NCBI RefSeq assembly: GCF_009914755.1
Contig: NC_060943.1
Reading direction: 5' to 3' (one strand)
DNA length: 64,000 nucleotides
From: the human T2T-CHM13v2.0 reference genome, Homo sapiens
Position numbers and translations under genes: made by a program. The notes beneath the pieces are model-generated. The model saw only the letters and a program-made list of their open reading frames with translations, made no database searches and had not been told where the DNA came from. Numbering within the stretch: position 1 is the stretch's first letter; the number at the start of each line of letters is the position of its first letter. This document shows, in pieces, positions 35,293 to 53,774 of this stretch.

Positions 35293-36375
35293 TCATCCCA
35301 CTTTCTGGGGGTTTGAGGCCCTCACTCCCTGCTCGTAGGTGACCCGCTGACTGATGAGGTATTGAGCGGCTTGCGTGGCCGCGGGGCTGCCCGTGATGGT
35401 GACCCGCCGGTTCCGCGTGCCTGGCAGGAACTCGCCCTTCTTGGAGATCTGGATGCGAGCGCCCGTCAGCTCCTGGTACTCCACCAACGTCTTGCCCCCC
35501 TTCCCCAGGATGGCTCCCACCAGGTTCTCAGGCACCGCAATCTCCACCAGCTCCTTGGCACTCTCAGCCGCCAGCTTCTCCGCCGTCAGGAAGCCCCCGG
35601 CCGCCCCGGCCGCGGCTGCAGCGGCCACCAGCGGGCCGCCCCCTCCGCCCGCCCCGCCGCCCGCCCCGGCCCCGAGGTAGCCGTTGGCGGCTGCGGCCAA
35701 CGCAAAGGACCCCAGGGCTCCGGGAGGCGGGGGCGGCGGCGGGGCGGCCCCTCCGGCTGGCCCGGCCCCGGCCTCGCCCGCGTAGGATGCCAGGAGGTTG
35801 GCGGCGGCGGCGGCTGCTGGGTTGGCCCCGGCGGCCACGGCGGCCAGGACGCCGGAAGCTGCGGCCGAGTTGAGGCCCAGGCCCAGGGAGTTGGTGTTGT
35901 AGCCGTAACTGGCCAGCGTGTTAAGCGCCGTGCTGATGGCCAGCAGGTCGGTGCCTGAGAAGGCGGGCAGCGCGGCGGGAAAGGCCCCCACGCCAGCCAG
36001 CCCGGCGGGGCCCAGCAGGCCGGAGGCGGCGGCGGCCGACGCTGCGGCCGCGGCTGGAAGCACATCCGCGGGGCTGGCGTACGGAGAGCCGGTGGGGTTG
36101 GAGTTGGCCACGGGGCCTGCCACGTTGGCGTAGCTGATGTTGAGGCAGCTGCTGCTCTGGGGGTCTTCTTGTACCTTCTGCACGATGGCGCTCACGGCCT
36201 TGTGCACCTGCTCGGGCTCGCCGCTGACCGTCACCACGCGCTCCTGCAGGTTGATGCCCTCCGGCTTCTGGGACAGCTGCACCCATGCTCCTGACTGTTC
36301 CATCACGGCTTTCACCGTGGCGCCTCCCTTGCCGATGATCAGGCCCGCCGTGCTGTTGGGGACGATCAGCTTGGC
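35293..36375 (-). CDS. NOVA2: NOVA2 last coding exon (1083 nt): KH2, Ala/Gly/Pro-rich linker, KH3, stop
   Basis: ttgctccccacgcAG|GCCAAGCTG. Encodes [18 protein letters not shown]...[73 protein letters not shown], with two GXXG KH domains. Confidence 0.97.
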   Translation of the reverse strand, partial: AKLIVPNSTAGLIIGKGGATVKAVMEQSGAWVQLSQKPEGINLQERVVTVSGEPEQVHKAVSAIVQKVQEDPQSSSCLNISYANVAGPVANSNPTGSPYASPADVLPAAAAASAAAASGLLGPAGLAGVGAFPAALPAFSGTDLLAISTALNTLASYGYNTNSLGLGLNSAAASGVLAAVAAGANPAAAAAANLLASYAGEAGAGPAGGAAPPPPPPPGALGSFALAAAANGYLGAGAGGGAGGGGGPLVAAAAAAGAAGGFLTAEKLAAESAKELVEIAVPENLVGAILGKGGKTLVEYQELTGARIQISKKGEFLPGTRNRRVTITGSPAATQAAQYLISQRVTYEQGVRASNPQKVG

Positions 36376-36390
36376 CTGCGTGGGGAGCAA
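35330..36390. other. Intragenic CpG island over the NOVA2 last coding exon
   Basis: Very high GC and CpG density, with GCN/GGN codon runs encoding poly-Ala, poly-Gly and poly-Pro. Confidence 0.85.
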
Positions 36391-37047
36391 AAGGGAGGGT
36401 CTTTAATTTTATTTTTTTAAAAAATTAAATTAAATTAGGCTGGGCACGGTGGCTGTCGCCTGTAATCCCAGCACTTTGGGGGGCTGAGGCAGGCAGATTA
36501 CTTGAGGTCAGGAGTTCCAGACTAGCCTGGCCAACATGGTGAAACTCCGTCTCTAGTAAAAATCCAAAAATTAGCCAGCTGTGTGTTGGCACATGCCTGT
36601 AATCCCAGCTACTCAGGAGGCTGAGGCAGGAGAATCGCTTGAACCCAGGAGAGGGAGGATGCAGTGAGCTGAGCTCGTGCCAAATTGCACTCCAGCCTGA
36701 GTGACAGAGGGAGACCCTGTCTCAAAATAAAATAAAATAATATATATATATATATATAATTTTGTCTATCTATATTAGTAGAGATGGGGCCTTGCGATGT
36801 TGCCCAGGCTGGTCTTGAACTCTTGGCCTCAAGGGATCTCCTGCCTTAGCCTCCTAAAGTGTTGGAATTACAGATTTGAGCCACCAAACTGGCGAAGGGA
36901 GGGTCTTTACGGTGGCTGGAGACTGAGACGCCCCAGGTCATTCCCTACCCCTCCTCTCCAGCATCCAAAATCAGGCCCAGCATGGCCTTTTGATATGCAC
37001 CAGTATGGTCCAACTGGTTGTTAAAAATATTGAAATATTTCAGGTCA

Positions 37048-37248
<201 letters not shown>

Positions 37249-37577
37249 TCAACCACCCTGTCCCATGTACCTGGGACTCTTAGTACTTCCTCTGCGTCCA
37301 GCATCTAAAAGCTTAATGGCTAATCCAATGGGGCCCTCCAGGATCTCACTCCAAGCTTGCACAATGGCCCACCCATGCCTTCTAGTGTTACGTACTCTGA
37401 CTTCCAGCCCTGGAAAAGCCTTCATTAAGCCTTACTTTACAGATGAGCCTCTTGAGGCCCAAGAGGTGAAAGGACTTGTCCTAAGGTTCCCCAGTTAGTG
37501 ACGGAGCTGAAATCTAGGCTCTTGGGTTCCTGATCCATTGTGCTCCCCTAGACATGGTCTTCTCGTTGAACTCTCTG

Positions 37578-37955
37578 TTGTTATGGGCTGAAACTGTGTC
37601 CCCTTCAAATTCATATGTTGAAGGCGTAACTTCCAGTACTTTAGAATTTGACTATATTTGGAGAGAGGGTCTTTAAAGAGATAATTAAGGTAAAATGGGG
37701 TCATTAGGGCGGGCCCTAATTTACTGACTGGTGTCCTTATAAGCAGAGGAGATTAGGACACAGATGCACACAGAGGGAAGACTGTGTGAAGACACAGGGA
37801 GAAGAAGGTCTAGGAGAGAGGCCTCAGAAGAAACCAACCCTGCTGACACCTTGATCTTGGACTTCTGGCCTCCAGAATCATGAGATATAAATACCTGTTG
37901 TTTAGACCACCCAGTCTCTGGCACTTTGTTATGGCAGCCCTAGCAGACTAATCTA
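37578..37955 (+). mobile_element. Uninterrupted MLT1 solo LTR in NOVA2 intron 3
   Basis: TGTTATGGGCTGAAACTGTGTCCCTTCAAATTCATATGTTGAAG...TTTGTTATGGCAGCCCTAGCAGACTAAT. Confidence 0.8.
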
Positions 37956-38335
37956 GTTGTCCTGTCTGTAAAATGAAGATAACATGAAGGCTTTTGTCTG
38001 AGAAGGCAGACGTAAGTGGATGTCTTGGATGTCACACAATGGATCGGGAACCCAAGAATCTAGATTTCAATCTCCTTCTAATTCCTGGGACGGGAACTCT
38101 CCAGGATGAAGAAGTTGGTCATTTGAATCTGGTGACCTCTCCTTTCTCAGTTGCAGAGCAGCCATCCTTCAACCACCCATTTGTCCAAGCATCTGCAAGT
38201 CTGATCAATCTTAATTCCTGTGGAGACATTTCAAAACCAGTCATGTCCTTTTGCACCTCCGAGAGCATTTCTACACATAAATTCCTCCCTCTCAAAAATC
38301 CTTCCCATGTCCCCTTAAACCCTGGGGGTGTCTGA

Positions 38336-38797
<462 letters not shown>

Positions 38798-39037
38798 TGA
38801 ATGTCCTGTTGGACATTCATGCTGATGAAGAGCCTGTTTTTAAATCTCTGAGCCCACGTCTGGGCACGGTGGCTCACGCCTGTAATCCCAGCACCTCGGG
38901 AGGCCAAGGTGGGAGGATCACTTGAGCCCAGGAGTTGTAGACCTGCCTGGGTAACATGGCATGACCCCATCTCTACAAAAAAAAAATTAAAAACATTAGC
39001 TGGCCTGGTGGCACATGCCTGTAGTCCCAGCTACTCA

Positions 39038-39253
<216 letters not shown>

Positions 39254-39566
39254 TCAGAGCCCAACCCCATGACACATGTAAGTACCAAGTATTGTTTGCA
39301 TGGTTTTAAGAGCTACTGAAATTTCCAGGAACGCAACTACCAGTAAATCAAGAGCAGATTGTGCTTTGTTTTGCTCTGCACTTCACTAAAAGTTTTCATC
39401 ATTTTAGAAAACCTGGCGTCAGTAGCAACAGCATTTGTATTATTTAAGTCTCCAGTATTATACTCTGGATCACTTTACATATGTAGTTGTCTCACTTAGC
39501 TATGCTTAGGTGTGAGCAGCTGCCTAATTCATTATTCCTTCTATTGTGGTCCTGACTATTTATTTA

Positions 39567-39941
<375 letters not shown>

Positions 39942-39979
39942 TCACCTTCCTTTTATTTCTTCTTTATTTAAAAAAGTCT

Positions 39980-41095
<1,116 letters not shown>

Positions 41096-42081
41096 TCTTA
41101 CGGGTGTAGATATGTCTATATGTGTATATATGAATATGAATAGTATTTCAGAGAGTCAAGTGAACATGACAAAATATTTGTAGGAGAAAGGGGGTGTTGC
41201 TGTGACAGAGCTCCCCATGCTCTATTCCCTGTTGGTCTCCCTGACTTTATTATTATTATTATTATTATTTTTTTTTTTGAGACACAGTCTTGCTCTGTCA
41301 CCCAGGCTATGGTGCAGTGGCATCATCTCAGCTCAATGCAACCTCCACCTCCTGGGTTCAAGTGATTCTCAAGTGAGCCGAGATCATGCCACTGCCCTCC
41401 AGCCTGAATGACAGAGTGAGACTCCATCTAAAAAAAAAAAAAAAAAAAAGGCCAGGCATGGTGGCTCATGCCTGTAATCCCAGCACTTTGGGACGCTGAG
41501 GTGGGCAGATCGCTTGAGCTCACAAGTTGTACAGCCTGGACAACATGGCAAAACCTCATTTCTACAAAAAGTACAAAAATTAACTGAGTGTGGTGGTGCA
41601 TGCCTGTAGTCCCAGCTACTTGGGAGTCTGAGAAGGGAGGATGGCTTGAGCCCAAGAGGTGGAGGTTGAAGTGAGCCAAAATGGCATCACTACACTCCAG
41701 TCTGGGTGATCGAGCCAGACCTTGTGAACAAGAAAAAGGAATCTTCATTTATTCTAGAGTAAAAGAGACTAATGAGGTGTAACAATCAAATGCAAAGCAC
41801 GAATGTTGACTGAATCTCAGATTGAAAAATCCTCTATAGCTATAAAAGATATTTTAGGGCAATTTGAATATGGACTTTCCAATGAGACAATAGTATAGAA
41901 TTAGCATTTTTGTTTGTTTGTTTTTGTTTTTAGGTGTGTTGACAGTAATACAATAATGTAGGAGATTGTCCTTGGAAGATACATGTTAAAGTACTTAGGA
42001 GTAAAGAGTCATGAGGTCAGCCAGGCACGGTGGCTCACGCCTGTAATCCCAGCGCTTTGGGAGGCCAAGGCGGGCGGATCA

Positions 42082-42373
<292 letters not shown>

Positions 42374-42886
42374 TCATGCATGCACAAATGTTAACAACTG
42401 GTGAATCTAAGTGCAGTGTATGGGGACTATTCCTTAAACATTTTCAAAATAAAAAGGAAAAAAATCTATGCCCTAACATTCCCTTTTCCTCTTCTCCGCT
42501 TTATTTTTCTTCATAGTATTTTTCACTCTCTAACATCCTCTATATTTTACTTATCTCCTTGTTTATTTTGTGTTTCTCTGTAAAAGAATTTCAAATCCAC
42601 GAGGTTAGAGATTTTTGCCTGTATTATTACTGCTGGGTTCTCAGCGCCTAGAAAAGTGCCTGGAACACAGTAGATACTCAGCAAAGGGTGAGCGAATAAA
42701 TAGACGGATGAAGACTGAAGGATGACACGCCCACAGGCCCAAGCAGGAAGGCGAATGGGTGGAGGCAGCAGGTGTATCTTACCTGGTGGGGGTGGGGAGT
42801 GGTAGAGTACTATGCAATTGGGCAGCCAAACTAAGCCTGATGGACATTTTCCAGATGAGTTGGAAATGCTGATTTGTAAAATGTGA

Positions 42887-43096
<210 letters not shown>

Positions 43097-43807
43097 TAAC
43101 ATGTTAGCCAGGCTCGTTTTGAACTCCTGACCTCGTGATCCGCCTGTCTCAGCCTCCCAAAGTACTGGGATTACAGGCCTGAGCCACCACACCTGGCCAG
43201 CATCCTAGTTTTTAAATGTTGGCAATCTCTTAAAAATGTCTAAGATTTGTGTAGTAGAAACAATGCAATGTACTAGCCAGGCTACCCATTTGCAGTCTGT
43301 GCATACAAATCCCTGAAAAGCTGCCTTGGACTCTGGAGTCACCTGCTTGGGTTTAAATCCTGGCTCCCTGTCTGATGCTGGGTAAGGGACCTAACCTCTT
43401 TGAGACTCAGTTTTCTCATCTGTAAAACAAGGATATTCAGACCTCCTCATAGGACTATGATGAAGCTTAATTGAGCTTATGCATGTAATGGTGAGCTTGA
43501 AATCCAAGCATGACCACAAGTAGCTGGAACTGAGAGTGAGTGCCCTTCAGGTGACTCACAACTGCTACCATTGGCAGATTACACCTCAGTCCCTATGTTT
43601 CTGCTTGGCCCTGTGGGTGAAGTCATCACCTATTCATTCAAATAAGTGACATGTGCTGAGCACCTACTATGTGCCAAGCATAGGGCATCATGTATGTGTG
43701 CAATTAATATAAGCCATAGAAGCACTCAAGAAATGATTATTGTCAGCCGGGCGTGGGGGCTCATGCCTGTAATCCCAGAACTTTGGGAGGCCAAGGTGGG
43801 CGGATCA

Positions 43808-44765
<958 letters not shown>

Positions 44766-45081
44766 CCCCAGGAAAAACAAACAGCCTGACAAATCAAGAA
44801 GATGGAACAGCATGTTCACAACCACAACCAGGAGTGGTATTTAGTCTGTGATGCAGTATTTTAGAGCAGTGAAGGAAGGATAGATTGGCCAAGAAAAGGT
44901 TTGAGGACAAGGGGTTAATCATGTGGGAAAAATAAAGTTAGGTTTTAAGAAAATTTCTACCTCTTCCACCTCCTAGCTGGTGGCCTGTGAAAGTCCCTTT
45001 ACTTCTCAGAGCCTCTTTTTCCACATCTGTAAAATGGGCATACTATTCCCGATCCATACGATTTGTGCAAATATTCAGTGA

Positions 45082-45710
<629 letters not shown>

Positions 45711-45717
45711 TAGCTGA

Positions 45718-45903
<186 letters not shown>

Positions 45904-46821
45904 TGACTAAAGTGATGCCCAGTGCCTGGCACATGGGAAGCGCTAAGCCAATGGCAGCTGCCTTCATGATAGACCCTGAATTGTAGAACTACAGCATCTT
46001 AGAAAGATCTGCAGATGCAGACTCATAGAATCTTGGAATCCCAGGACATTAGAACAGTAGAATCTTAGATAATACATGCTTAGAATCTTGGAATCACAGA
46101 GCCATAGAACTGTTGAAGTTTTAGAGCCAGAAGGACCAGAGACCATCTGCCCCAGTGATTTGCAAGCCCATGGAAATTTGCAAATACTACTACTACCACC
46201 ACCAACAATAACAACAAAAGCAGCATCAACAGCTAACAGTTTAATAGAGTAACTTATCTAGGTTCCACCACAACCCTAAGATAGGTGTTATTATTACCCC
46301 ATTTTCTAGATTGGGAAATGGAGGCACAAAGAAAGAACTTGCACAAGTTCTTTCACAGGTAATGAGCAGTAGAGTCAGGATCTGATCCCGGGCCAGAGTT
46401 TATGCTCAGATTCCTAAGCCTTACCAGAAATATTGATTCAGTGGTTCTGGACAGGACCCATGAATCTGCATTTTAAGCTACCCAGATGACTCAGATATCA
46501 GCTAGGGGTGAGAGCCACTGGTATAACCCAGAAGTGGCAATCTGGTGATCCTCAGGCCCCAGTCAGCCTACAGCCATACATGTTTTTTTGACCTTCATAG
46601 TGTTTTAAAAGCAGAGTTGGCCTGGCGCAATGGCTCACGCCTGTAATCCCAGCACTTTGGGGAGCTGAGGCGGGTGGATTGCTTGAGTCCAGGAGTTAGA
46701 GAACAGCCCGCAACATGGTGAAATCCTGTCTCTACAAAAAATACAAAAATTAGCCAGGGGCCGGGCGCAGTGTCTCATGCCTGTAATCCCAGCACTTTGG
46801 GAGGCCAAGGAAGGCAGATCA

Positions 46822-47040
<219 letters not shown>

Positions 47041-48154
47041 TCAAAAAAAAAAAAAGAAAAGAAAAAAAAAATTAGCCAGGCGTGGTCGTGTTCACCTGTA
47101 GTCCCAGCTATTCAGTGGGCTGAGGTGGGAGGATCGCTTGAGCCTGGGATGTCGAGGCTCCAGTGAGCCTAGATCATACCACTGCACTCCAGCCTGGGTG
47201 ACAGAGTGTGACTCTGCCTCAGACAAATATATATTAAATAATAATAATAATAAAGCATTTTAAAGTCAGTTGATCTAAAAAATTTATGGCTTCTTTTGAA
47301 AAATTTGGAAGATGTGGTAGCACTATGTTCATGTTCCCAAAGTGCAATAATTCGGTGGATTTGAGTGGCAGCTTCTCCCTTTAAAGATGGCATACCCTCT
47401 CCAGAGAGCAACAACCCTCAAGGCTTTTGTTACCTTTTTCAATACTTTAGTTATTTAATTTATAATCCCTGGTTTGGCCCAGCTGCTGCACTGTAATAAA
47501 AGAGAAACTGAGGTCTACAGAAGGAAAGGGGCTCTGAGTAACACTGCAAGTCCAAGGCAGAAAAGAAGTAGACCTGTTTCCTGACTCAAAAATCCCATAA
47601 TAACAACAGAGAACATTTTTGGGGCTAACTTTCTATGCATTATACACATAAGCTATGTGCTTTTCAAACATCAACGAACACTAACCATCACCCTTAAGGA
47701 GGCATCATAATGAATCTCATTTTACAGGTGAGAAAAATGAGGATTGGAGAAATCAAAGTCACTTGCTCAAGGTCACATAGGACGTAAGTACTGTACGGAG
47801 AAGGATTCAACTAAACAACAGAGCCCAGAGCCTGAGTTTTCAGCTATGATCTCCCTCAGTCTTTGGAACACTCGAGTAATAAGGCAGGGAATAAATCCTG
47901 GTTCTATAACCTTTCGACTCCACTGTCTCAGAGCTCCTGTGGATTAGGGGGAGGGGGTAGAAGGCTCAGGCACAGATGGTGCTGACCCCATTTTCCTTGC
48001 AACATTCACAAACTCCTGATGAACCCTGAGTCCCTTGTGGCCACGACCAAGGCGGAGGGAAGAGGCAATGCCCTCGCCTCCCTGTAAACTGTGAATAACT
48101 TGTGCGCTGCTGGTGGGAAGGGATTCGGGAGAAACCTGGCGGGGAGCGAGGAGC

Positions 48155-48175
48155 TTCAGCACCAAGGACAGCGTC
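48155..48175 (+). promoter_or_regulatory. RE1/NRSE (REST binding site) in NOVA2 intron 3
   Basis: TTCAGCACCAAGGACAGCGTC matches the canonical TTCAGCACCACGGACAGCGCC at 19 of 21 positions with correct half-site spacing. Confidence 0.85.
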
Positions 48176-48429
48176 CGCGCTACACGCCCCAAGCCCTGCG
48201 GTCTTTTTTGGGAGCGCTCCACCCTGCAGCTCTCCTCCAGGCTTCTCCGCCCACCATTTCCCCATGAGCTTAGGGGAACTCAGGCCTGTGCTCTGCCCCA
48301 CCTCAGGGCAACGACAGGACCCAAGAATTCCAGATTTTACGGACTCCCTCTCTCCTGTCTTTGCCTCTAGGTAGACGTTAACGAGCCCTCGCAAGGGGCC
48401 CTCCCGTCAGCCCAGGGGTTCTCGCCCCA

Positions 48430-48680
48430 TTGCACGGAGTACGCATGCATAGGGGAGTGGGGACGGGAGAGAAAACGGGAGCCAGCCCCGCGTTTCCGTT
48501 CCCTTACGCACTTCCGGGTCCGGACAGCGCTGCCTGCAGCTTTGAGGGGAGCCCACCTGCCCCGTGAGCGCCGTCGTCATGGCAACCGGACAGGCCCGGG
48601 AAGCGATTGGCCACTCCCTGCCACGCCCCTATGCCACTGCTTCCCCGTAACTGAGGCAACGGAGGGGCGCTGCCTTCCCC
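48430..48680. promoter_or_regulatory. CpG-rich promoter-like element in NOVA2 intron 3
   Basis: ETS/GABPA CACTTCCGG 48509-48517; X-boxes 48573-48586 and 48647-48660; CCAAT (ATTGG) 48606-48610; KLF/SP CCACGCCCC 48621-48629; CpGs retained. Confidence 0.65.
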
Positions 48681-49203
48681 CTTCCATTCCTTCCTGGAGA
48701 GGGCTGTGTAGGAGAGGGACCCACCTCTTCTCTCGCTAATGAAACACCACCTCTACCCCCATACGTTAATTATGGAGGGAAGGAGGATGAGAGGCCATTT
48801 GTAAACTCTTCTGGATGTGGCTGAACTGTCACTGAGGTCACTTCCGGTGATAGCAGGAAGTGGGAGGCAGGTCGTTCAGAGAGACAATGGGATGAGGTGG
48901 AAGAGAGAAGAGGAACTAGAGAATCCTAGTAAGAAAGGATCGAACAATAGGGAATCATGCCACATTCTCCCAGACCTTCACTCCCTCTCTGAATCAAGCC
49001 CACTCTAAATGTTCTGGAGTCCTTTCTATTCTATTAGAGCTGACTCCCTAAAAATAATACTAACCACTACCATGTGGTCTTTGACTGATGAGATTTTTAT
49101 CAGCTTTGTCCCATTGAACCTCACAGTAAGCAGTGATGTGGGAGGAATGTTTCTTTGTGAATGTCAACAGCTTTACAGCAACCCAGTCTCTGCCCCAGCT
49201 GAC

Positions 49204-49370
49204 CTGCTTGGCTCTGTCGGGGTTCATCGTGGTTTGGGGTTGAAGGATGTTGACCACCTCAGGCTTGGTCATCGCTTGTGGGATTTCTCGGACCTTCTCG
49301 GCAATAAAGCTGTGCACAGCATTCAAGGCCTCTGCCGTGCCCTGTACTAGGCATACCCGCTCTGTGGTTC
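49204..49370 (-). CDS. NOVA2: NOVA2 coding exon 3 (167 nt), rest of KH1 plus linker
   Basis: ctcaacAG|GAACCACAGAG...GCCAAGCAG|GTCAGC. Encodes (G)[55 protein letters not shown]. Phase 1-0, consistent with the flanking exons. Confidence 0.96.
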
Positions 49371-49708
49371 CTGTTGAGCAAGGGAGAGAGAGGGCACACT
49401 CATGAGACAGGAATGGGAACATTCCTGAGAGACAGGCCCCATTTAATGGAAGAGGCAAGCTGAGGTCCAGAGAGTGGACCTGACTGATCACACGGTGAGC
49501 CTGGGGGAGCGGGCATGGGCTGGCAGGCCATGATGGGCAGCTGGGAGAATGAGTGCCATCCTGTTTTATAATCTGCACTTCATCTCCCTCCCCTAAAACA
49601 ACCTCTAGGGATGGAAGAATGATGCTTAAATGTTTTGCGATGCCCACAGCAGCCCTGGGCAGGGGAGACAGGGCTCAGCTGCCTCTTCTCAGTTCTTGCG
49701 GTTCCCTG

Positions 49709-49877
49709 GTTGCTTTGGCAACCATTCACTCACTCCGCCCCCCTCCCCTTCTGGAAGCAGAGAGCTCAGGCCTGCAACGGTTGCCACAGTAACTGGAACC
49801 CCCTTATCGGTCTGGCTGGCCGGGTCCTCAGCCCACCCCCAGGGGGACGAGGGACGAGGCCCTGTTGTCATGGCAAC
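49709..49877. promoter_or_regulatory. Cluster of three RFX X-boxes in NOVA2 intron 2
   Basis: GTTGCTTTGGCAAC 49709-49722, GTTGCCACAGTAAC 49780-49793, GTTGTCATGGCAAC 49864-49877. Confidence 0.7.
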
Positions 49878-50278
49878 CCCTGAAAGCCTGCAGCGTTGGC
49901 CTCTGGGCTTTTTGGAGAGGATGGGGGAAGAGCTGGGGGATGGGGGAGGCAGAGGAGAGGCCTGAGTGCCTGTCTGAACCCACCAGATGGAGGGCTGAGG
50001 GGTGGGGGAGGGCAGGGGTGTGGACAGGGGAGAGCAGGGTGGGTCAAAGACTGCTCATGGAGGAGTGAGGACCAAGGAACTGGGGAGGGAGGGTCTTTCC
50101 TGGAGATTCTCCAGATACTGGCTGTGGCTCTGTCCTGGGCATCCTTCTCATTTCTGCATGAGAGTGTTAGGGAGTGGGGGCACGGGGGAGAGAGAAACTG
50201 GGGGGTATTGGGATATGTGTGTGAAAGAGATTCTGGGTGACACTGTGACCAGTGTGTGTGTCTGCGAGGCTGGTGAGT

Positions 50279-50319
<41 letters not shown>

Positions 50320-50999
50320 GAGCAGGACTAGCTAGATGATCCTAATCTGTGTTTGTAGAAGATAAAGTGCAGAGACTGCCTTATGAACAGACTATGTGAC
50401 ACAGTGATTCCGGTGAAGATGTTCGTGCGTGCCCTTGTGTGTGGGACAGACTTTGGTGTCGCTTTGATGATGAAGGTTATGTAGACTCTTTGTGAGACAG
50501 AGCTGAGTGTATGTGAGAGTTTGAGAGAAAGAAACAAAAGAATCTCACAAAGTGGGATAGAGGCTACACAATGAATATATACCACTTTGAGACTGGATGG
50601 CAGTGTATGTGTCTGCATTTGTGTGTGTACGTGTGTTTGTGAAAGTGAAAGAGAGACACACTTCTGGATGTTTCTGAGACTATTTGGATGACCAGTGTGA
50701 ATATACACATATGTACAGGAGACAGGAAAGACCCTATGACCAGTGTGTGTGAACCTGAGAAGGAGAGACAGACAGGTAGACTCAGGTGTCAGTTTGTAGG
50801 ACTTTTTGGATGACTGGTGTGTTTGTGTATGTGTGTGTCTGAACATGTGAATTACAGCGAGACAAAGAAAACTTGACTGGTCAGTGTGAGAATGTGCGTG
50901 CCTGGGTGAGCCGGGATGTGTGTGATGCGTGGAGTGTGAGTGTGTCTCTCTCTCTTTGAAGGGGATTCTGCCCCTGAGAATGTAAAAGGTCTTGAGTGT

Positions 51000-53561
<2,562 letters not shown>

Positions 53562-53774
53562 TCAGGGTGGATCTGGGCTGACGCAAGGGAGTCTGTGTGG
53601 CCCTTGCGCAGGTGCTTGCCTTTTTCTGCATTTCAGTTGCTCCATGTATGACCTGGATGGATTGAATCTAGGGCTTTGGGATCCACCACAAAGGAGGGGA
53701 GGTTGTGTGTTCTGCCCTTCTCTTGGAGTTAAGTGCCAGGTAGGTTTTTATTTCATGTAGTAGACACCCAAGTG

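Noticed and set aside
35362-35958. 198-aa antisense ORF over NOVA2 exon 4
   Set aside because: An expected shadow of GC-rich coding sequence, with no independent promoter, splice or domain evidence.
36376-36390. ORF-track start MLPTQ for a 365-aa NOVA2 ORF
   Set aside because: This is intronic polypyrimidine/acceptor sequence with a non-ATG start. The exon begins at 36375.
48085-48150. Acceptor-like CTCCTCGCTCCCCGCCAG on the minus strand next to the RE1
   Set aside because: No convincing donor nearby, so a cassette exon cannot be supported.
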